Assembly (NCBI GenBank): GCA_963823665.1
Contig: CAWGMQ010000003.1
Span: 1,434,388 to 1,498,387 of the forward strand
Length of the DNA stretch: 64,000 nt
Source of the DNA: an uncultured Planctomycetota bacterium
GTDB taxonomy: Bacteria; Planctomycetota; Planctomycetia; Isosphaerales; Isosphaeraceae
Reading direction: 5' to 3'
The position numbers and the translations under genes are program-made. This document shows, in pieces, positions 48,665 through 59,310 of this stretch (position 1 is the stretch's first letter; every line of letters starts with the position of its first letter). A model generated the notes under the pieces. It made no database searches, was not told the DNA's origin, and saw nothing but the letters and a program-made list of their open reading frames with translations.

Positions 48665-49540
48665 TCAATCTTCTAGATAAGTCAGTACACGAGGTCCGTC
48701 TGGCGTCATGGCCACCGTGTGCTCGAAGTGAGCGCTGAATCGGCGATCCTTGGTCTCGACCGTCCAACCGTCGGATAAAGTCCGAACTTCCTTCGTGCCC
48801 AGCGCGACCATCGGCTCAATCGCCAGAACGATTCCCGGCTCGAGCTTGATGTCATGCTGCCGCAGCGCGGCACTCGCGAAATTCGGGACCTGTGGATCCT
48901 CGTGCATCGTCTGCCCGATTCCGTGCCCGACGAACTTCTCGACTACATACATTCCCTGGCTCTTGACGAAGCGTTCCATGAGGCTCGCCACCTCCAGCCA
49001 CGTGGTGCAGCGGCCCATCGCGCGAATCGCCAGGTTCAAGGTCTCCGACGTGACGTCAAGAAGCCTCTGCACCTCCGGTCGCACCGGTCCGATCGGCAGG
49101 GTCACCGCGGCGTCGCCACACCAGCCGTTGATCCGGCAACCCGTATCGATCGAAAGAATGTCACCCTCCCGCAACGGCCGGCGATTCGGGATGCCGTGCA
49201 CAACTTGTTCGTTCACGCTGGCACATATCACGGCCGGAAAGGGAGGCTTTCCCTTGGTTGAGCAGGGATAACCTAGGAAAAGCGGCGTGGCCTGATGTTC
49301 GCGAAAGATCACCGCGACGGCTTCGTCCATGGCCGCAGTGCACGCCCCGGGAACTGCCATCCGCCGCACCTGGTCGAGCGCCTTGGCGACAACCCGGCCC
49401 GCCTCACGCATCATGTCGATCTCGCGCGGCGTCTTGAGCTTGATTACCGGCGGTGAATCGGCGCGCCTGACGCCCGCGCCACCCGGCTTCGGCCGGCGCA
49501 AGCCCGACAAGATAGAAGGCAGCGAAGGCCGGCTGACCAT
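48665..49540 (-). CDS. map: type I methionine aminopeptidase (start uncertain; ORF open to 49618)
   Basis: IKLKTPREIDMMREAGRVVAKAL...FLGYPC...HGIP...DILSIDTG...HGIGQTMHEDPQVPNF...EPMVALG. Confidence 0.85.
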   Translation of the reverse strand: MVSRPSLPSILSGLRRPKPGGAGVRRADSPPVIKLKTPREIDMMREAGRVVAKALDQVRRMAVPGACTAAMDEAVAVIFREHQATPLFLGYPCSTKGKPPFPAVICASVNEQVVHGIPNRRPLREGDILSIDTGCRINGWCGDAAVTLPIGPVRPEVQRLLDVTSETLNLAIRAMGRCTTWLEVASLMERFVKSQGMYVVEKFVGHGIGQTMHEDPQVPNFASAALRQHDIKLEPGIVLAIEPMVALGTKEVRTLSDGWTVETKDRRFSAHFEHTVAMTPDGPRVLTYLED

Positions 49541-49661
49541 GCTTCGGTGGGATGACACGTCGGGGGTCCTTTTTCTTCCAGATGATGTCTCGCGCACGAG
49601 CTCCAGCTTCCCTACCAATATACGCCATTGACGCTCAGGTGCGCACTCCCTGCATCCCGAT

Positions 49662-51044
49662 TCACTTCCGGGTCACGAGCCCTGAATAACTTCGCACAAC
49701 GAGGTGGCCGTCGATCTTTTGCACAAGGTCCAGACAGACGCTGATGACAATCAGCAGTCCCGTGCCGCCCAGGAACGATGCGACCGTCCAGTCGACCTGC
49801 AGCGCCGATTGCACGAGAGACGGAATCACGGCGACAAGAGCCAGGAATGCCGCTCCAACATACGTGATCCGCAGCATCACTTTTTCGAGATAGTCGGCTG
49901 TTCGCCGACCCGGCCGGTACCCCGGGATGAAGCTGCCCAGATCCTTGAGGTTCTCGGCCATATCTTTGGGGTTGAATGTGATCGCCGTCCAGAAATAACA
50001 GAAGAAATAGATCAGGATCACGTAGCAGACCGTGTAGATATAGCTCTGGCGCTGAAAGGCGTAGGACAAGTCGCGGAAAATCCCGGCGAAGACCGATCCA
50101 ACCGTCCAGCTCTCGTTCTGCAGATTACTCGTCGCCTTCTCCAGACTGGTGAAGACGAAGGATGGGAAAATCAAGAGGCTGGAAGCAAAGATGATCGGCA
50201 TCACCCCCGCCTGATTGACCTTCAGCGGCAGGAACTGCTTGGTGCCGCCGTAAACCCGCCGGCCGCGCACGTGCTTCGCCGACTGCGTCGGAATGCGCCG
50301 CTGGCTCTCTGTGATCGCAATCACACCGACCACCACCGCTATGAATAGCCCGATTAACATCAAAATCGTCGTGATCCCATATTTGCCCGGCTCGGCGTTC
50401 AATTTCGAGGTCGAGTTGTACCAAAGGCCGTTCGGTCCGGTGATCGCAACCGGCAGACGGGCCAGAATGCCCGCCATGATCAAGAGGCTGATCCCGTTGC
50501 CAATCCCGTATTCGTCAATTTGCTCACCAATCCACATCAGGAAAATCGTCCCGGCCGTCATGATGCAAACACACACGAACCCGTTCCAAAATGTGTGATA
50601 TCGCTGCAACACCACGTTCATCTGTGGGCTCATCATATACTGCACCCAGAAGGCACTTTGAATTGCACAGAGAACCACTGTCGCGTAGCGTGTGTATTCG
50701 TTGATTCGCTTCCGCCCGCTTTCGCCCTCCTTCATCATCGCTTCCAGCGATGGAACAACGCTGGCCAGAAGCTGAAAGATGATCGAGGCCGAAATATACG
50801 GCATGATCCCCAGGCCGAAGATCGTGCTCATGCCGATCGATGTGCCGCCGAACATCGCAACCGTGCCGAAAAGCTTGCCGGCCGTGTGACCGCTCTGCTG
50901 CTCCTCCCAGTTTTTCAACTGCGCTTGATTGACGATCGGCAACGGGACGTAGAAGCCGATCCGGTAGATCGCCAGGAGCAGGCAAGTGAACAGAATCTTG
51001 CGCCTGAGCTCAGGTACCTTGAAGATGGTGATGAGCTTATCCAC
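49662..51044 (-). CDS. secY: preprotein translocase SecY (GTG start)
   Basis: 10 TM helices; FGLGIMPYISASIIFQLL; RRIPTQSAKHVRGRRVYGG. Confidence 0.95.
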   Translation of the reverse strand: MDKLITIFKVPELRRKILFTCLLLAIYRIGFYVPLPIVNQAQLKNWEEQQSGHTAGKLFGTVAMFGGTSIGMSTIFGLGIMPYISASIIFQLLASVVPSLEAMMKEGESGRKRINEYTRYATVVLCAIQSAFWVQYMMSPQMNVVLQRYHTFWNGFVCVCIMTAGTIFLMWIGEQIDEYGIGNGISLLIMAGILARLPVAITGPNGLWYNSTSKLNAEPGKYGITTILMLIGLFIAVVVGVIAITESQRRIPTQSAKHVRGRRVYGGTKQFLPLKVNQAGVMPIIFASSLLIFPSFVFTSLEKATSNLQNESWTVGSVFAGIFRDLSYAFQRQSYIYTVCYVILIYFFCYFWTAITFNPKDMAENLKDLGSFIPGYRPGRRTADYLEKVMLRITYVGAAFLALVAVIPSLVQSALQVDWTVASFLGGTGLLIVISVCLDLVQKIDGHLVVRSYSGLVTRK

Positions 51045-51150
51045 GTGCGATCCCCTCCTCGACTACGACCGCGTCCTGGCATCGTGCGCAAGCCCGTTCG
51101 GTGCCCGCCTCGCCCGGGTTGCACGCCGGGCAATTCCACATCTCTCGCAT
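51037..51150 (-). CDS. 37-aa putative zinc-ribbon protein (CPAC...CARC) between rplO and secY, overlapping the secY start by 8 nt
   Basis: Own translation: MREMWNCPACNPGEAGTERACARCQDAVVVEEGIARG; operon position and overlap suggest translational coupling. Confidence 0.3.
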   Translation of the reverse strand: MREMWNCPACNPGEAGTERACARCQDAVVVEEGIARG

Positions 51151-51191
51151 AGAATAGGACGGCCTGTGCACGCCAATCGCTCCTTAGCGGC

Positions 51192-51701
51192 TCAATCGCC
51201 CTCGGGCGATGAGTTCTCTCCTGGACGACCCGAGAACTCATGCGGACGATAGGGCACGACGACTGCCTTCCCGCCGGCTGCGGCAATCTTGGACGTGGCC
51301 GACTCGCTGAACTTGGTCGCGTGCACTTCCAGCGGCTTGGAAAGTACGCCGGTCGCCAGGATCTTGATGCCGTCGTGCTCCTGGCCCTTGACCAACCCAC
51401 AGGCGCGCAGGGCCTTTTCGTCCACGACCGAGCCGGCGGGGAACCGATCCTCGAGAGCCGATAGATTCACCACCACGTAGCTCTTCTTGAACGCGCCGTT
51501 GAAGAACCCGCGCTTGGGCACGCGCCGGGCCAGCGGCATCTGCCCTCCTTCGAAGATCGGGCTGATCTTGAACCCCTGGCGCGACGAGTGCCCCTTGTGG
51601 CCCTTGCCGGAGGTCTTGCCGTGCCCGGAGCCGACTCCTCGGCCGATGCGCTTTCGCTTCTTGCGCTTGTGAATACCTTTGTGTACGTCGTGAAGTTGCA
51701 T
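51192..51701 (-). CDS. rplO: 50S ribosomal protein L15 (ATGA overlap with rpsE stop)
   Basis: KRIGRGVGSGHGKTSGKGHKGHSSR. Confidence 0.9.
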   Translation of the reverse strand: MQLHDVHKGIHKRKKRKRIGRGVGSGHGKTSGKGHKGHSSRQGFKISPIFEGGQMPLARRVPKRGFFNGAFKKSYVVVNLSALEDRFPAGSVVDEKALRACGLVKGQEHDGIKILATGVLSKPLEVHATKFSESATSKIAAAGGKAVVVPYRPHEFSGRPGENSSPEGD

Positions 51702-52210
51702 CAGAGGGGCACTCCTCGCAAGCGAGCGATTTCATCTTTGGTTCGAAGCTGGAGCAACGCGTCCAGTGCCGCCTTGACCAGGTTGAGCTTGTTATTCGAG
51801 CCGAAGCTCTTCGTCAAGATGTCCTTGACCCCGGCAGACTCGACCACGGCTCGAACCGCTCCACCGGCGATCACACCCGTGCCAGGGCTCGCCGGCATCA
51901 GCAATACCTTCGCGGCACCATATTTCCCGACCACAGCGTGAGGAATCGTCGAGCCCCTGAGATTCACCCGGTGCATCTGCTTGTGCGCATCCTTGACGCC
52001 TTTTTCGACCGCAGGCGGCACCTCGTTGGCCTTGCCATAGCCCCAGCCGACCTGGCCGCGGCCGTTGCCGACAACGACCAGAGCGTTGAAACTGAACCGC
52101 CGGCCTCCCTTCACGACCGCCGCGCAGCGCCGGATCGACACCACGCTCTCGTTCCACTCACCGCGGTCGCGATCACGATCGCGGTCACGCTCACGTCCCT
52201 CGCTCGCCAC
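51701..52210 (-). CDS. rpsE: 30S ribosomal protein S5 with N-terminal (RD)5 low-complexity tract
   Basis: [49 protein letters not shown]. Confidence 0.9.
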   Translation of the reverse strand: MASEGRERDRDRDRDRGEWNESVVSIRRCAAVVKGGRRFSFNALVVVGNGRGQVGWGYGKANEVPPAVEKGVKDAHKQMHRVNLRGSTIPHAVVGKYGAAKVLLMPASPGTGVIAGGAVRAVVESAGVKDILTKSFGSNNKLNLVKAALDALLQLRTKDEIARLRGVPL

Positions 52211-52252
52211 GGACGAACTCCCCCAGACAATCGTCTTTTGAAGTAATGGTCG

Positions 52253-52666
52253 TTAGAACAACAGCCCAGCCTCGCGGGCAGCCTGGGCCAGCGCCGCGAC
52301 TCGCCCATGATACTTGTAGCTTCGGCGGTCGAAGCAAACCTTGTCAATACCGGCCTTTTTGGCCCGCTCGGCAACCGCGCGGCCCACGGCCGTCGCCGCA
52401 GCCTTGTTGCCGCCATACTTGATCTGGCCGCGCAATTCCGAGTCCATACTGCTCGCCGAGACAATAACCGCACCCGATTCGTCATTCACCATCTGCGCGT
52501 AAATGTGCTTCGAGCTGCGAAATACCGCAAGGCGTGGCCGCTGGGCCGTTCCGGAAAGCCGGTTCCGAACGCGCAGTTGCCGCCTCTTCCGGCGAGTCTG
52601 AACAAGACGTTGCTGATTCGCAATATTCACGACACGGTCCTCGTCTCTTCGGTCTTCATGCTTCAC
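52253..52666 (-). CDS. rplR: 50S ribosomal protein L18
   Basis: [29 protein letters not shown]...[19 protein letters not shown]. Confidence 0.9.
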   Translation of the reverse strand: MKHEDRRDEDRVVNIANQQRLVQTRRKRRQLRVRNRLSGTAQRPRLAVFRSSKHIYAQMVNDESGAVIVSASSMDSELRGQIKYGGNKAAATAVGRAVAERAKKAGIDKVCFDRRSYKYHGRVAALAQAAREAGLLF

Positions 52667-52675
52667 ACCGGAAGG

Positions 52676-53227
52676 TTACTTCGAGCCGAACGCCTTGCCG
52701 GCCTTGCGGCGGACAAACTCCCCTTCGTACCGGATGCCTTTGCCCTTGTATGGCTCGGGCGGGCGCACCTTGCGGACCACGGCCGCGAACTGACCGACCG
52801 CCTGCTTGTCGGCGCCGCTGATCGTCACGTGCGTCGGATCGACCACTTGCACGTTGACTCCCGCGGGCGCCTCGAGCACAACCTGGTTCGCATACCCGAC
52901 CTGCAGGGCGATCGTATTTGCCTTTTTGAGTTGCGCCTGGTATCCCACACCCACAATCTCGAGCTTCTTCGTATAACCCGTCGTGACTCCCTGCACCATG
53001 TTGGCAACCAGGCTGCGAGTGAGCCCGTGCAGCGACCGATTGATTCGCTCATCATCGTGGCGCGTGCACACGATCTGGCCTGCGGCCTTGTCGAAGGCAA
53101 CGTCGATCTCGCCCCGATGAGTGAAGCTGAGCTTGCCCTTGGGACCCTCGACCTCGATCGTCCGCTCGGCGATCGAAACCTTCACAGAAGGCGGCACGGG
53201 TACCGGCTTGCGTCCAATCCGCGACAT
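52676..53227 (-). CDS. rplF: 50S ribosomal protein L6
   Basis: MSRIGRKPVPVPPSVKVSIAERTIEVEGPKGKLSF. Confidence 0.95.
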   Translation of the reverse strand: MSRIGRKPVPVPPSVKVSIAERTIEVEGPKGKLSFTHRGEIDVAFDKAAGQIVCTRHDDERINRSLHGLTRSLVANMVQGVTTGYTKKLEIVGVGYQAQLKKANTIALQVGYANQVVLEAPAGVNVQVVDPTHVTISGADKQAVGQFAAVVRKVRPPEPYKGKGIRYEGEFVRRKAGKAFGSK

Positions 53228-53301
53228 CGTTCTGTCTTCCTTCTATCCGCTTGAGTGTGAATCTCTTTTCCAGGGCTGACCGCCGCCGCCTCCAGTCGCG
53301 G

Positions 53302-53697
53302 TCAATGAATCATCGCGAGCACCTCGCCGCCCACCTTTTCGGTTCGGGCGCGGCGGTCGGAGAGCACACCTCGTGGCGTGGAGAGTATCTGGATCCCCAT
53401 TCCCCCCAGGATCGGCTTGAGCTCTTTATAGCCCATGTAAACTCGCCGCCCGGGCTTGCTCACCCGGTCGATCCGGTTGATCAAACGCTCGCCGTTGGGC
53501 CCGTATTTCATCTGCAGACGCAGCGTCCGGCAGGGAATCGTCTCGATTTCCTCGAAGTCCCAGATATAGCCCTCGTCCTTCAGGACCTGCGCGATGCCGC
53601 GCCGCATGTTCGAAGCGGGCATCTCCAGCACGGTCCGCTCGATCCGGACTGCGTTTCGAATACGGGTGAGCATATCGGCGATCGGGTCGGTCATCAT
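53302..53697 (-). CDS. rpsH: 30S ribosomal protein S8
   Basis: MMTDPIADMLTRIRNAVRIERTVLEMPASNMRRGIAQVLKDEGYI. Confidence 0.95.
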   Translation of the reverse strand: MMTDPIADMLTRIRNAVRIERTVLEMPASNMRRGIAQVLKDEGYIWDFEEIETIPCRTLRLQMKYGPNGERLINRIDRVSKPGRRVYMGYKELKPILGGMGIQILSTPRGVLSDRRARTEKVGGEVLAMIH

Positions 53698-53840
53698 GGC
53701 AAAGGAGCCTTCTTGAACCGTTGCGGGTTACGCGGCTGGCCGCGACTGGAACCGTGAACCAAGCACTTCCGTGAACGTGCGGCAGGCCATCCACCCGCCG
53801 CCTGAGAACAACATCCGCCGCTTCCACCAGGCAAGCCGGC

Positions 53841-54026
53841 TCACCAGCTCGCCTTCTTGACACCCGGAATCAGGCCGCGGAGCGCCAGGTTCCGGAAGCA
53901 GATCCGGCAGACGCCGAATTTGCGGTAAAAGCCACGGGGTCGCCCGCACAAGCGGCACCGGTTTCGATGCTGCACCGCAAACTTGCGCGGGGTTTCCGAT
54001 TTGATTTTCTGGGCCTTGGTCGACAT
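53841..54026 (-). CDS. rpsN: 30S ribosomal protein S14 type Z (zinc-binding, 61 aa)
   Basis: [61 protein letters not shown]. Confidence 0.9.
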   Translation of the reverse strand: MSTKAQKIKSETPRKFAVQHRNRCRLCGRPRGFYRKFGVCRICFRNLALRGLIPGVKKASW

Positions 54027-54113
54027 AATCTGCTCTTCCTCAACCCTCAAAAAGAGCTTGGTCTTCGATCACTGGACTCTCTACTGCTCTCCGTACCGCA
54101 CCGTCTCGATCCA

Positions 54114-54722
54114 TCACGCCCGTTGAAACTGCCGGGCTCGCTCGAACAGAACACGCCGTCTGGTCACTTCCCCTTGGCCTGCGGCTGCCGGAACGGCAAG
54201 CCGAACTGGCTTTAACAGCTCGCGCGCCTGCTCGTCGTTCTGCGCGGTTGTCACGATCGTGATGTCCATTCCGTGGGTGTGCTGGATCTTGTCGGCGTCG
54301 ATCTCCGGGAAGACGACCTGCTCGGCAAGACCCAGGCTGAAATTGCCGTGCCCGTCGAAGCTGTTCGGGTTCACCCCGCGGAAGTCCCGGATTCGCGGCA
54401 GAGCAATCGAGATCAAGCGGTCGAGGAACTCGTACATCCGCCGGCCACGCAAGGTCACCTTGCAGCCGATGTCGTTTCCCTCGCGAAGCCGGAATCCCGA
54501 CACCGACACCTTGGCCTTGGTAATCACCGGCCTCTGGCCGCTGATCTTGGACAGGCTATCCACGGCCGACTCGAGCTGGGCCTTGTCCTGAGTCGCCTTG
54601 CCCACACCCATGTTGATGATGATCTTGGTCAGCTTCGGAATCGCCATCGGGTTCTGGTGATTGAACTTGGCGGCAACCGCCTTCGCGATGTCGTTCCGGT
54701 ACAAGTCAAGCAAGCGAGCCAT
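54114..54722 (-). CDS. rplE: 50S ribosomal protein L5
   Basis: MARLLDLYRNDIAKAVAAKFNHQNPMAIPKLTKIIINMGVG. Confidence 0.9.
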   Translation of the reverse strand: MARLLDLYRNDIAKAVAAKFNHQNPMAIPKLTKIIINMGVGKATQDKAQLESAVDSLSKISGQRPVITKAKVSVSGFRLREGNDIGCKVTLRGRRMYEFLDRLISIALPRIRDFRGVNPNSFDGHGNFSLGLAEQVVFPEIDADKIQHTHGMDITIVTTAQNDEQARELLKPVRLAVPAAAGQGEVTRRRVLFERARQFQRA

Positions 54723-54759
54723 TGCCGGGATCCTTCAATTCGATTCACTTCGGATGTCT

Positions 54760-55162
54760 TCAAGCCTTTTTGGGGGCGGCAGTCTTCGACGCAGCAGTCC
54801 GGTTCTTGGCGTGAGCCGCCTTGCGCGGGCCGATGTTGCCCAGGCTCGTCCCGCAGGTCTTGCAGTAGCGCTGTTTCTGCCCGTCGTCGGTGAACCGGCG
54901 GCCGTAACGAACGCCGCGGTTGCATTTTGTGCAGTAAAGCTTCACGTTGGAGACGTCGATCGGCATCTCCTTGGAGAGCCGCCCTCCCTGAGGATTCTTC
55001 TGGCTCGGCCTCAGGTGTTTGTAAACGCGGTTTACCCCTTCCACGACAATCTTGTTTCGATCGGGAATGACCCGCAGCACCTTGGCGATCCGGCCGCTCG
55101 GACGCCGTTCCCTTGTCGTCGCCGGTGATCACTTCCACCTGGTCGTCTTTTCGTATGTTCAT
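54760..55162 (-). CDS. rplX: 50S ribosomal protein L24 (single-base frameshift near 55095-55105, at gacaagggaacgg)
   Basis: N-term MNIRKDDQVEVITGDDKG in ORF 54629..55162; the rest (VLRVIPDRNKIVVEGVNRVYKHLRPSQ) in ORF 54760..55080. Confidence 0.8.
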
Positions 55163-55209
55163 GATCCGCTCGTCAATACGCTCTCTTGTTCAGGTGAGCC
55201 CCGGCCGCT

Positions 55210-55590
55210 TCAGACGACTTCCGCCGCCAGACTGATGATCTTCATGAACTGGCGTTCGCGCAGCTCGCGGGCAATCGCGCCGAAGATGCGCGTCCCGCGC
55301 GGGTTCTTCTCTGCGTCGATCAAGACGACCGCGTTGCGATCGAACTTGACGTACGACCCGTCGGTTCGCCGGGTCTGGTTCCGGGTGCGGACGATCACGC
55401 ACCGCACCACGTCTCCGGCCTTGACCTCGCCGCCGGAGCTGGCCTTCTTCACACTGGCGATGATCGTGTCACCCAATCCGGCGGCGCGCCGCTTGTATTT
55501 CGATGCGCTGCCGTACAGGACCTTGATGCACATCACTTCCTTGGCGCCGGTATTGTCGGCTACGTCGAGCCGCGTCTGCATCTGGATCAT
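55210..55590 (-). CDS. rplN: 50S ribosomal protein L14
   Basis: [28 protein letters not shown]. Confidence 0.9.
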   Translation of the reverse strand: MIQMQTRLDVADNTGAKEVMCIKVLYGSASKYKRRAAGLGDTIIASVKKASSGGEVKAGDVVRCVIVRTRNQTRRTDGSYVKFDRNAVVLIDAEKNPRGTRIFGAIARELRERQFMKIISLAAEVV

Positions 55591-55604
55591 GAGAATAACC
55601 TCTT

Positions 55605-55931
55605 TCAGGTTCGCGCGGCTTCGTCCTCGCCGGCCAGAGCTTGCTGGGCGCCGGCGCGAACGATTCGCACGATCCGCCACCGCTTGAGCTTCGACAACGG
55701 GCGTGTTTCCATGATCTCGACCACGTCTCCCTTGTGCGACGTGTTGGCCTCGTCATGCGCATGGCAGACGGTTCGGCGGCGCATCAGCTTGCCGTACTTC
55801 GGGTGCGGTACCAGCCGCTCGACGATGACCCGCCTGGTCTTGGTCATCTTGTCGGACGTCACGATACCGACTTCCCGCTTGCGCGGGCTGCGCGCCGCAA
55901 TCTTGCCGGTGGCTTTGGTCGCTTCTGTCAT
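55605..55931 (-). CDS. rpsQ: 30S ribosomal protein S17
   Basis: [41 protein letters not shown]. Confidence 0.9.
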   Translation of the reverse strand: MTEATKATGKIAARSPRKREVGIVTSDKMTKTRRVIVERLVPHPKYGKLMRRRTVCHAHDEANTSHKGDVVEIMETRPLSKLKRWRIVRIVRAGAQQALAGEDEAART

Positions 55932-56038
55932 CGGTTCATCTCACGCATCGGATTCCTCGTTGTTCTTGCTGACTCAAACCCTCGAGCAAAGCCCGCGGCC
56001 AGGGGGGAACAGTCGGCCGCATTCATTTTTCACACGAT

Positions 56039-56275
56039 TCACGCCTTCTTCGCACCGGTGGGCACGGCCGCCACCTTTTCCTGCTCGATCTGGCGCAGCC
56101 GCAGGATCGTCTTGATGCGGGCGATCTCTCGCTTCGCCTTGACAATCTCGCTCGGCGCTTCGAGCCGCTCGGTTTCGCTTTGCAGGCGCAGCCGAAACAG
56201 GTTGCTCTGCACGTCCTTGAGCGTCAGGTCGAGCTGTTCGCTCGTCTGCTCTCGAAGCTCGGCCGGTTTGGACAT
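56039..56275 (-). CDS. rpmC: 50S ribosomal protein L29
   Basis: LREQTSEQLDLTLKDVQSNLFRLRLQ. Confidence 0.9.
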   Translation of the reverse strand: MSKPAELREQTSEQLDLTLKDVQSNLFRLRLQSETERLEAPSEIVKAKREIARIKTILRLRQIEQEKVAAVPTGAKKA

Positions 56276-56287
56276 CGTTGGCGCTCC

Positions 56288-56695
56288 TCAGATCGGCCGC
56301 CGGTGCACGAACCGGCAGTTCACGGGCATTTTCTGCGCGACGCGAGCGAACATCGTGCGTGCCGCCTCCTCGCCCAGACCACTGACTTCATAAAGAATCG
56401 TCCCGGGCTTCACGACGGCCGCCCAGTATTCGATTTCACCTTTCCCTTTACCCATCCGCGTCTCGGCAGGAATTGCGGTCACGCTCTTCTGCGGGAAAAC
56501 CCGGATGTAGAGCTTGCCTCCCCCTTTGATTGCCTGGCTGGCCACGATACGCCCCGCCTCGATCGTCTGCGCACTGATCCGGCCGGGCTCCAGGCTCTGA
56601 ATCCCGTACTCACCGAACGACACATAGTTGCCGCGGGTCGCATTACCTTTTACGCGGCCTTTTTGGCTTTTTCGATACTTGACCCGCTTGGGCAT
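56288..56695 (-). CDS. rplP: 50S ribosomal protein L16
   Basis: MPKRVKYRKSQKGRVKGNATRGNYVSFGEYGIQ. Confidence 0.9.
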   Translation of the reverse strand: MPKRVKYRKSQKGRVKGNATRGNYVSFGEYGIQSLEPGRISAQTIEAGRIVASQAIKGGGKLYIRVFPQKSVTAIPAETRMGKGKGEIEYWAAVVKPGTILYEVSGLGEEAARTMFARVAQKMPVNCRFVHRRPI

Positions 56696-57344
56696 CAGGG
56701 GCATCGCCGGCCTCCATCTTCAAATAATCGCCTTGGTTGACCCATACTTTGATTCCGATATGACCTTGCGCGGTCTTGGCCTCCGTGAATCCGTAGTCGA
56801 TTCGCGCCCGCAAGGTCGAGAGCGGCACCGAGCCGGCCGCAGTGGCCTCCGTCCGCGACATCTCGGTTCCCCCCAGCCGTCCCGAGAGCTGGATCTTCAC
56901 CCCCTTGGCGCCGCCGTCCATCGTCTGCTCGATGGCCCGCTTCATCGTGCGCCGGAAGCTCGACCGCTTCTGGAGCTGCTCGGCAATGTCCTCGCTGATC
57001 AACTGCGCGTCGATCTCCGGACGTGCAACCTCCACGATCTTGATCTCGATCCGCCGCCCCGTCAGCTCCTGAAGGTCCTTCTGAAGGATCTCGACCTCCG
57101 CCCCCTTGCGGCCGATGATCACGCCCGGCCGCGCCGTCGAGAGGAGCACCGTCACCGCGTCACGCGTGCGCTCGATCTCGATCTTCGGGATGCCCGAAAA
57201 CCCATACTTCTTCTTGATGAACGCCCGGATCTTGAAGTCTTCGACCAGCAAGTCGGCGAACTCGTGCTTGGATGCGTACCAGCGGCTGCGCCAGTCCTCC
57301 ATGATTCCCACGCGGTAGCCGGTCGGTCGAACTTTTTGGCCCAT
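56643..57344 (-). CDS. rpsC: 30S ribosomal protein S3
   Basis: MGQKVRPTGYRVGIMEDWRSRWYASK. Confidence 0.95.
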   Translation of the reverse strand: MGQKVRPTGYRVGIMEDWRSRWYASKHEFADLLVEDFKIRAFIKKKYGFSGIPKIEIERTRDAVTVLLSTARPGVIIGRKGAEVEILQKDLQELTGRRIEIKIVEVARPEIDAQLISEDIAEQLQKRSSFRRTMKRAIEQTMDGGAKGVKIQLSGRLGGTEMSRTEATAAGSVPLSTLRARIDYGFTEAKTAQGHIGIKVWVNQGDYLKMEAGDAPDAQAGQVSKKPKRPRKR

Positions 57345-57460
57345 GATTTCCTCTTGATCGATTCCCGCTGTCGTTCCGATTCGAGCCGCCCTGCGTGAGC
57401 GATTTCACCCGCCCATCTTGCCGTGGAACCCGTTAACCACCCGCTAAAGCACCCGTGTGC

Positions 57461-57862
57461 CTAGCTCGCCGATTCGCCGGCCTCCGCTGGCACTCGCCCT
57501 CCCTCGGGAACCCATACCAGCCCATCGGCAAGCCCAACCTGGATGTGCGCCGTCCGCCGCCGGATCAGGTACGCCATGCCTCGAGCGCGGGGCATGAGTC
57601 GCTTGAACATCGGGCCTCCTTCGCCGCGGGCGTCGACGACGATCAGCGCGCCCACGTTGCGGATGCCCTTGTCCTCGGCGTTCGCCATGGCGCTTTTGAG
57701 CACCTGCTCGACCATCCGCGCCCCGCGATGCGGCATGTACTTGAGCAAGTCGAGCGCGTCGTCGGCGTAATGGCCCCGAATCAGGTCCAATAGCGGCCGG
57801 AGCTTCCGCACCGAGATCCGGGCGAATCGGTGCGTCGCGTGATGCTGGATTGCGTAACCCAT
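57461..57862 (-). CDS. rplV: 50S ribosomal protein L22
   Basis: MGYAIQHHATHRFARISVRKLRPLLDLIRG. Confidence 0.9.
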   Translation of the reverse strand: MGYAIQHHATHRFARISVRKLRPLLDLIRGHYADDALDLLKYMPHRGARMVEQVLKSAMANAEDKGIRNVGALIVVDARGEGGPMFKRLMPRARGMAYLIRRRTAHIQVGLADGLVWVPEGGRVPAEAGESAS

Positions 57863-57952
57863 GTCCGTTGTCTCTTGGCGTGCTCGAGAATCAGTTAGAA
57901 AGTTGCCCGCCTCACGTCCGCCTGGACTGATGGCTCTTTTTACTACGATCAC

Positions 57953-58261
57953 TCACTTCTTGCCCGGTGGTGGTCCGCTGCCGCCGGCGGGTGCCTTCGA
58001 TGCCTTGCCGCCGTGGCCGCGGAAGGTCCGCGTCGGCGCAAACTCGCCCAGCCGGTGCTCGACCATATCTTCAGTGACGTACAGCTTCACAAACTTTCGC
58101 CCGTCGTGGATCGCAAAGTGCTTTCCCACGAATTCCGGCACGATCATGCAGGCGCGCGCCCATGTCTTGATCGGCTCGCGACTGCCGGAAGCGTCGGCCT
58201 TCATCACCTTCTCGAGCAGCCGCTCGACAACGTACGGGCCTTTCTTCTGCGATCTTCCCAT
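57953..58261 (-). CDS. rpsS: 30S ribosomal protein S19
   Basis: [19 protein letters not shown]...[22 protein letters not shown]. Confidence 0.95.
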   Translation of the reverse strand: MGRSQKKGPYVVERLLEKVMKADASGSREPIKTWARACMIVPEFVGKHFAIHDGRKFVKLYVTEDMVEHRLGEFAPTRTFRGHGGKASKAPAGGSGPPPGKK

Positions 58262-58347
58262 GCCGGTCTGGCTCCTCTTCTGTCGTGATCCCTATTCACC
58301 CGCTGAGCGAAAAGCAAATGGTCCAACCCGAGACTAACCCAGGCCAT

Positions 58348-59209
58348 TCAGACCTTGAGCTGCCCGTAACGCACGCTGCGGCGGCGGCGAATGATCGCCT
58401 TGTTCGACGGCTTGCGCCGGCGCCGGGTCTTGCCCCCCTTGGCCAGCACACCGGTGGGCGAGCACGGATGGCGGCCGCCCGAAGTCCGCCCTTCACCGCC
58501 ACCCATCGGGTGATCGACCGGGTTCATCGCAACGCCGCGGACGTGCGGCCGGCGGCCCTTCCAGCGCGATCGGCCGGCCTTGCCCAGGCGAACATTCATG
58601 TGGTCGGGGTTGCCGACCATGCCCATCGTGGCCCGGCAGGCAGCCGGGATTCGCCGGACCTCGCCCGACGGCAACGTGATCTGCGCCCAGTTGCCGTCGC
58701 GGGCCGTCAAGATCGCGCCCACGCCCGCCGAGCGGCACAGCTTGCCGCCGCCGCCGGGCTGCATTTCGATATTGTGGATCGTGCAGGCCGGTCGGGATCT
58801 TGGAAAGCGGCATGCAGTTGCCCACCTTGGGCTCGGCTTCCGGGCCGCTCGCGACGCTCATGCCGGCCGCCAGCCCGTCGGGGGCGAGAATGTACCGCTT
58901 TTGCCCATCCACGTACTGGATCAGCGCGATCCGGGCCGATCGATTCGGGTCGTATTCGATGTGGGTCACCGCGGCCGCCTGTCCGTCGCGATCGTTGCGC
59001 ACCCAGTCGATGATTCGATATTTACGCTTATGACCGCCGCCGCGATGTCGCGCGGTGATGAAACCCTGGTTGTTCCGGCCCCCCGTCTTCTGCAGCGGCT
59101 CGGTCAGGCTCTTCTCGGGCTTCTTGTTCTTGTCCGTCAGCTCGGCAAAGTCACTGACCGAGGAATTCCTGCGGCCCGCGCTCGTCGGTTTGTAGACTCG
59201 AATACCCAT
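58348..59209 (-). CDS. rplB: 50S ribosomal protein L2 (frameshift ~58760)
   Basis: N-term [18 protein letters not shown] in ORF 58493..59374; C-term [16 protein letters not shown] in ORF 58348..58764. Confidence 0.85.
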
Positions 59210-59310
59210 CGTGATCTTCCCTTGCCGTTCCGTTCGTGTGGCGTTCTGAAGGCGTTCGAGAACTCGCGAGCCAGCCGACTGCCTCGCGATCTCCTCGCTC
59301 CGATCTGATC

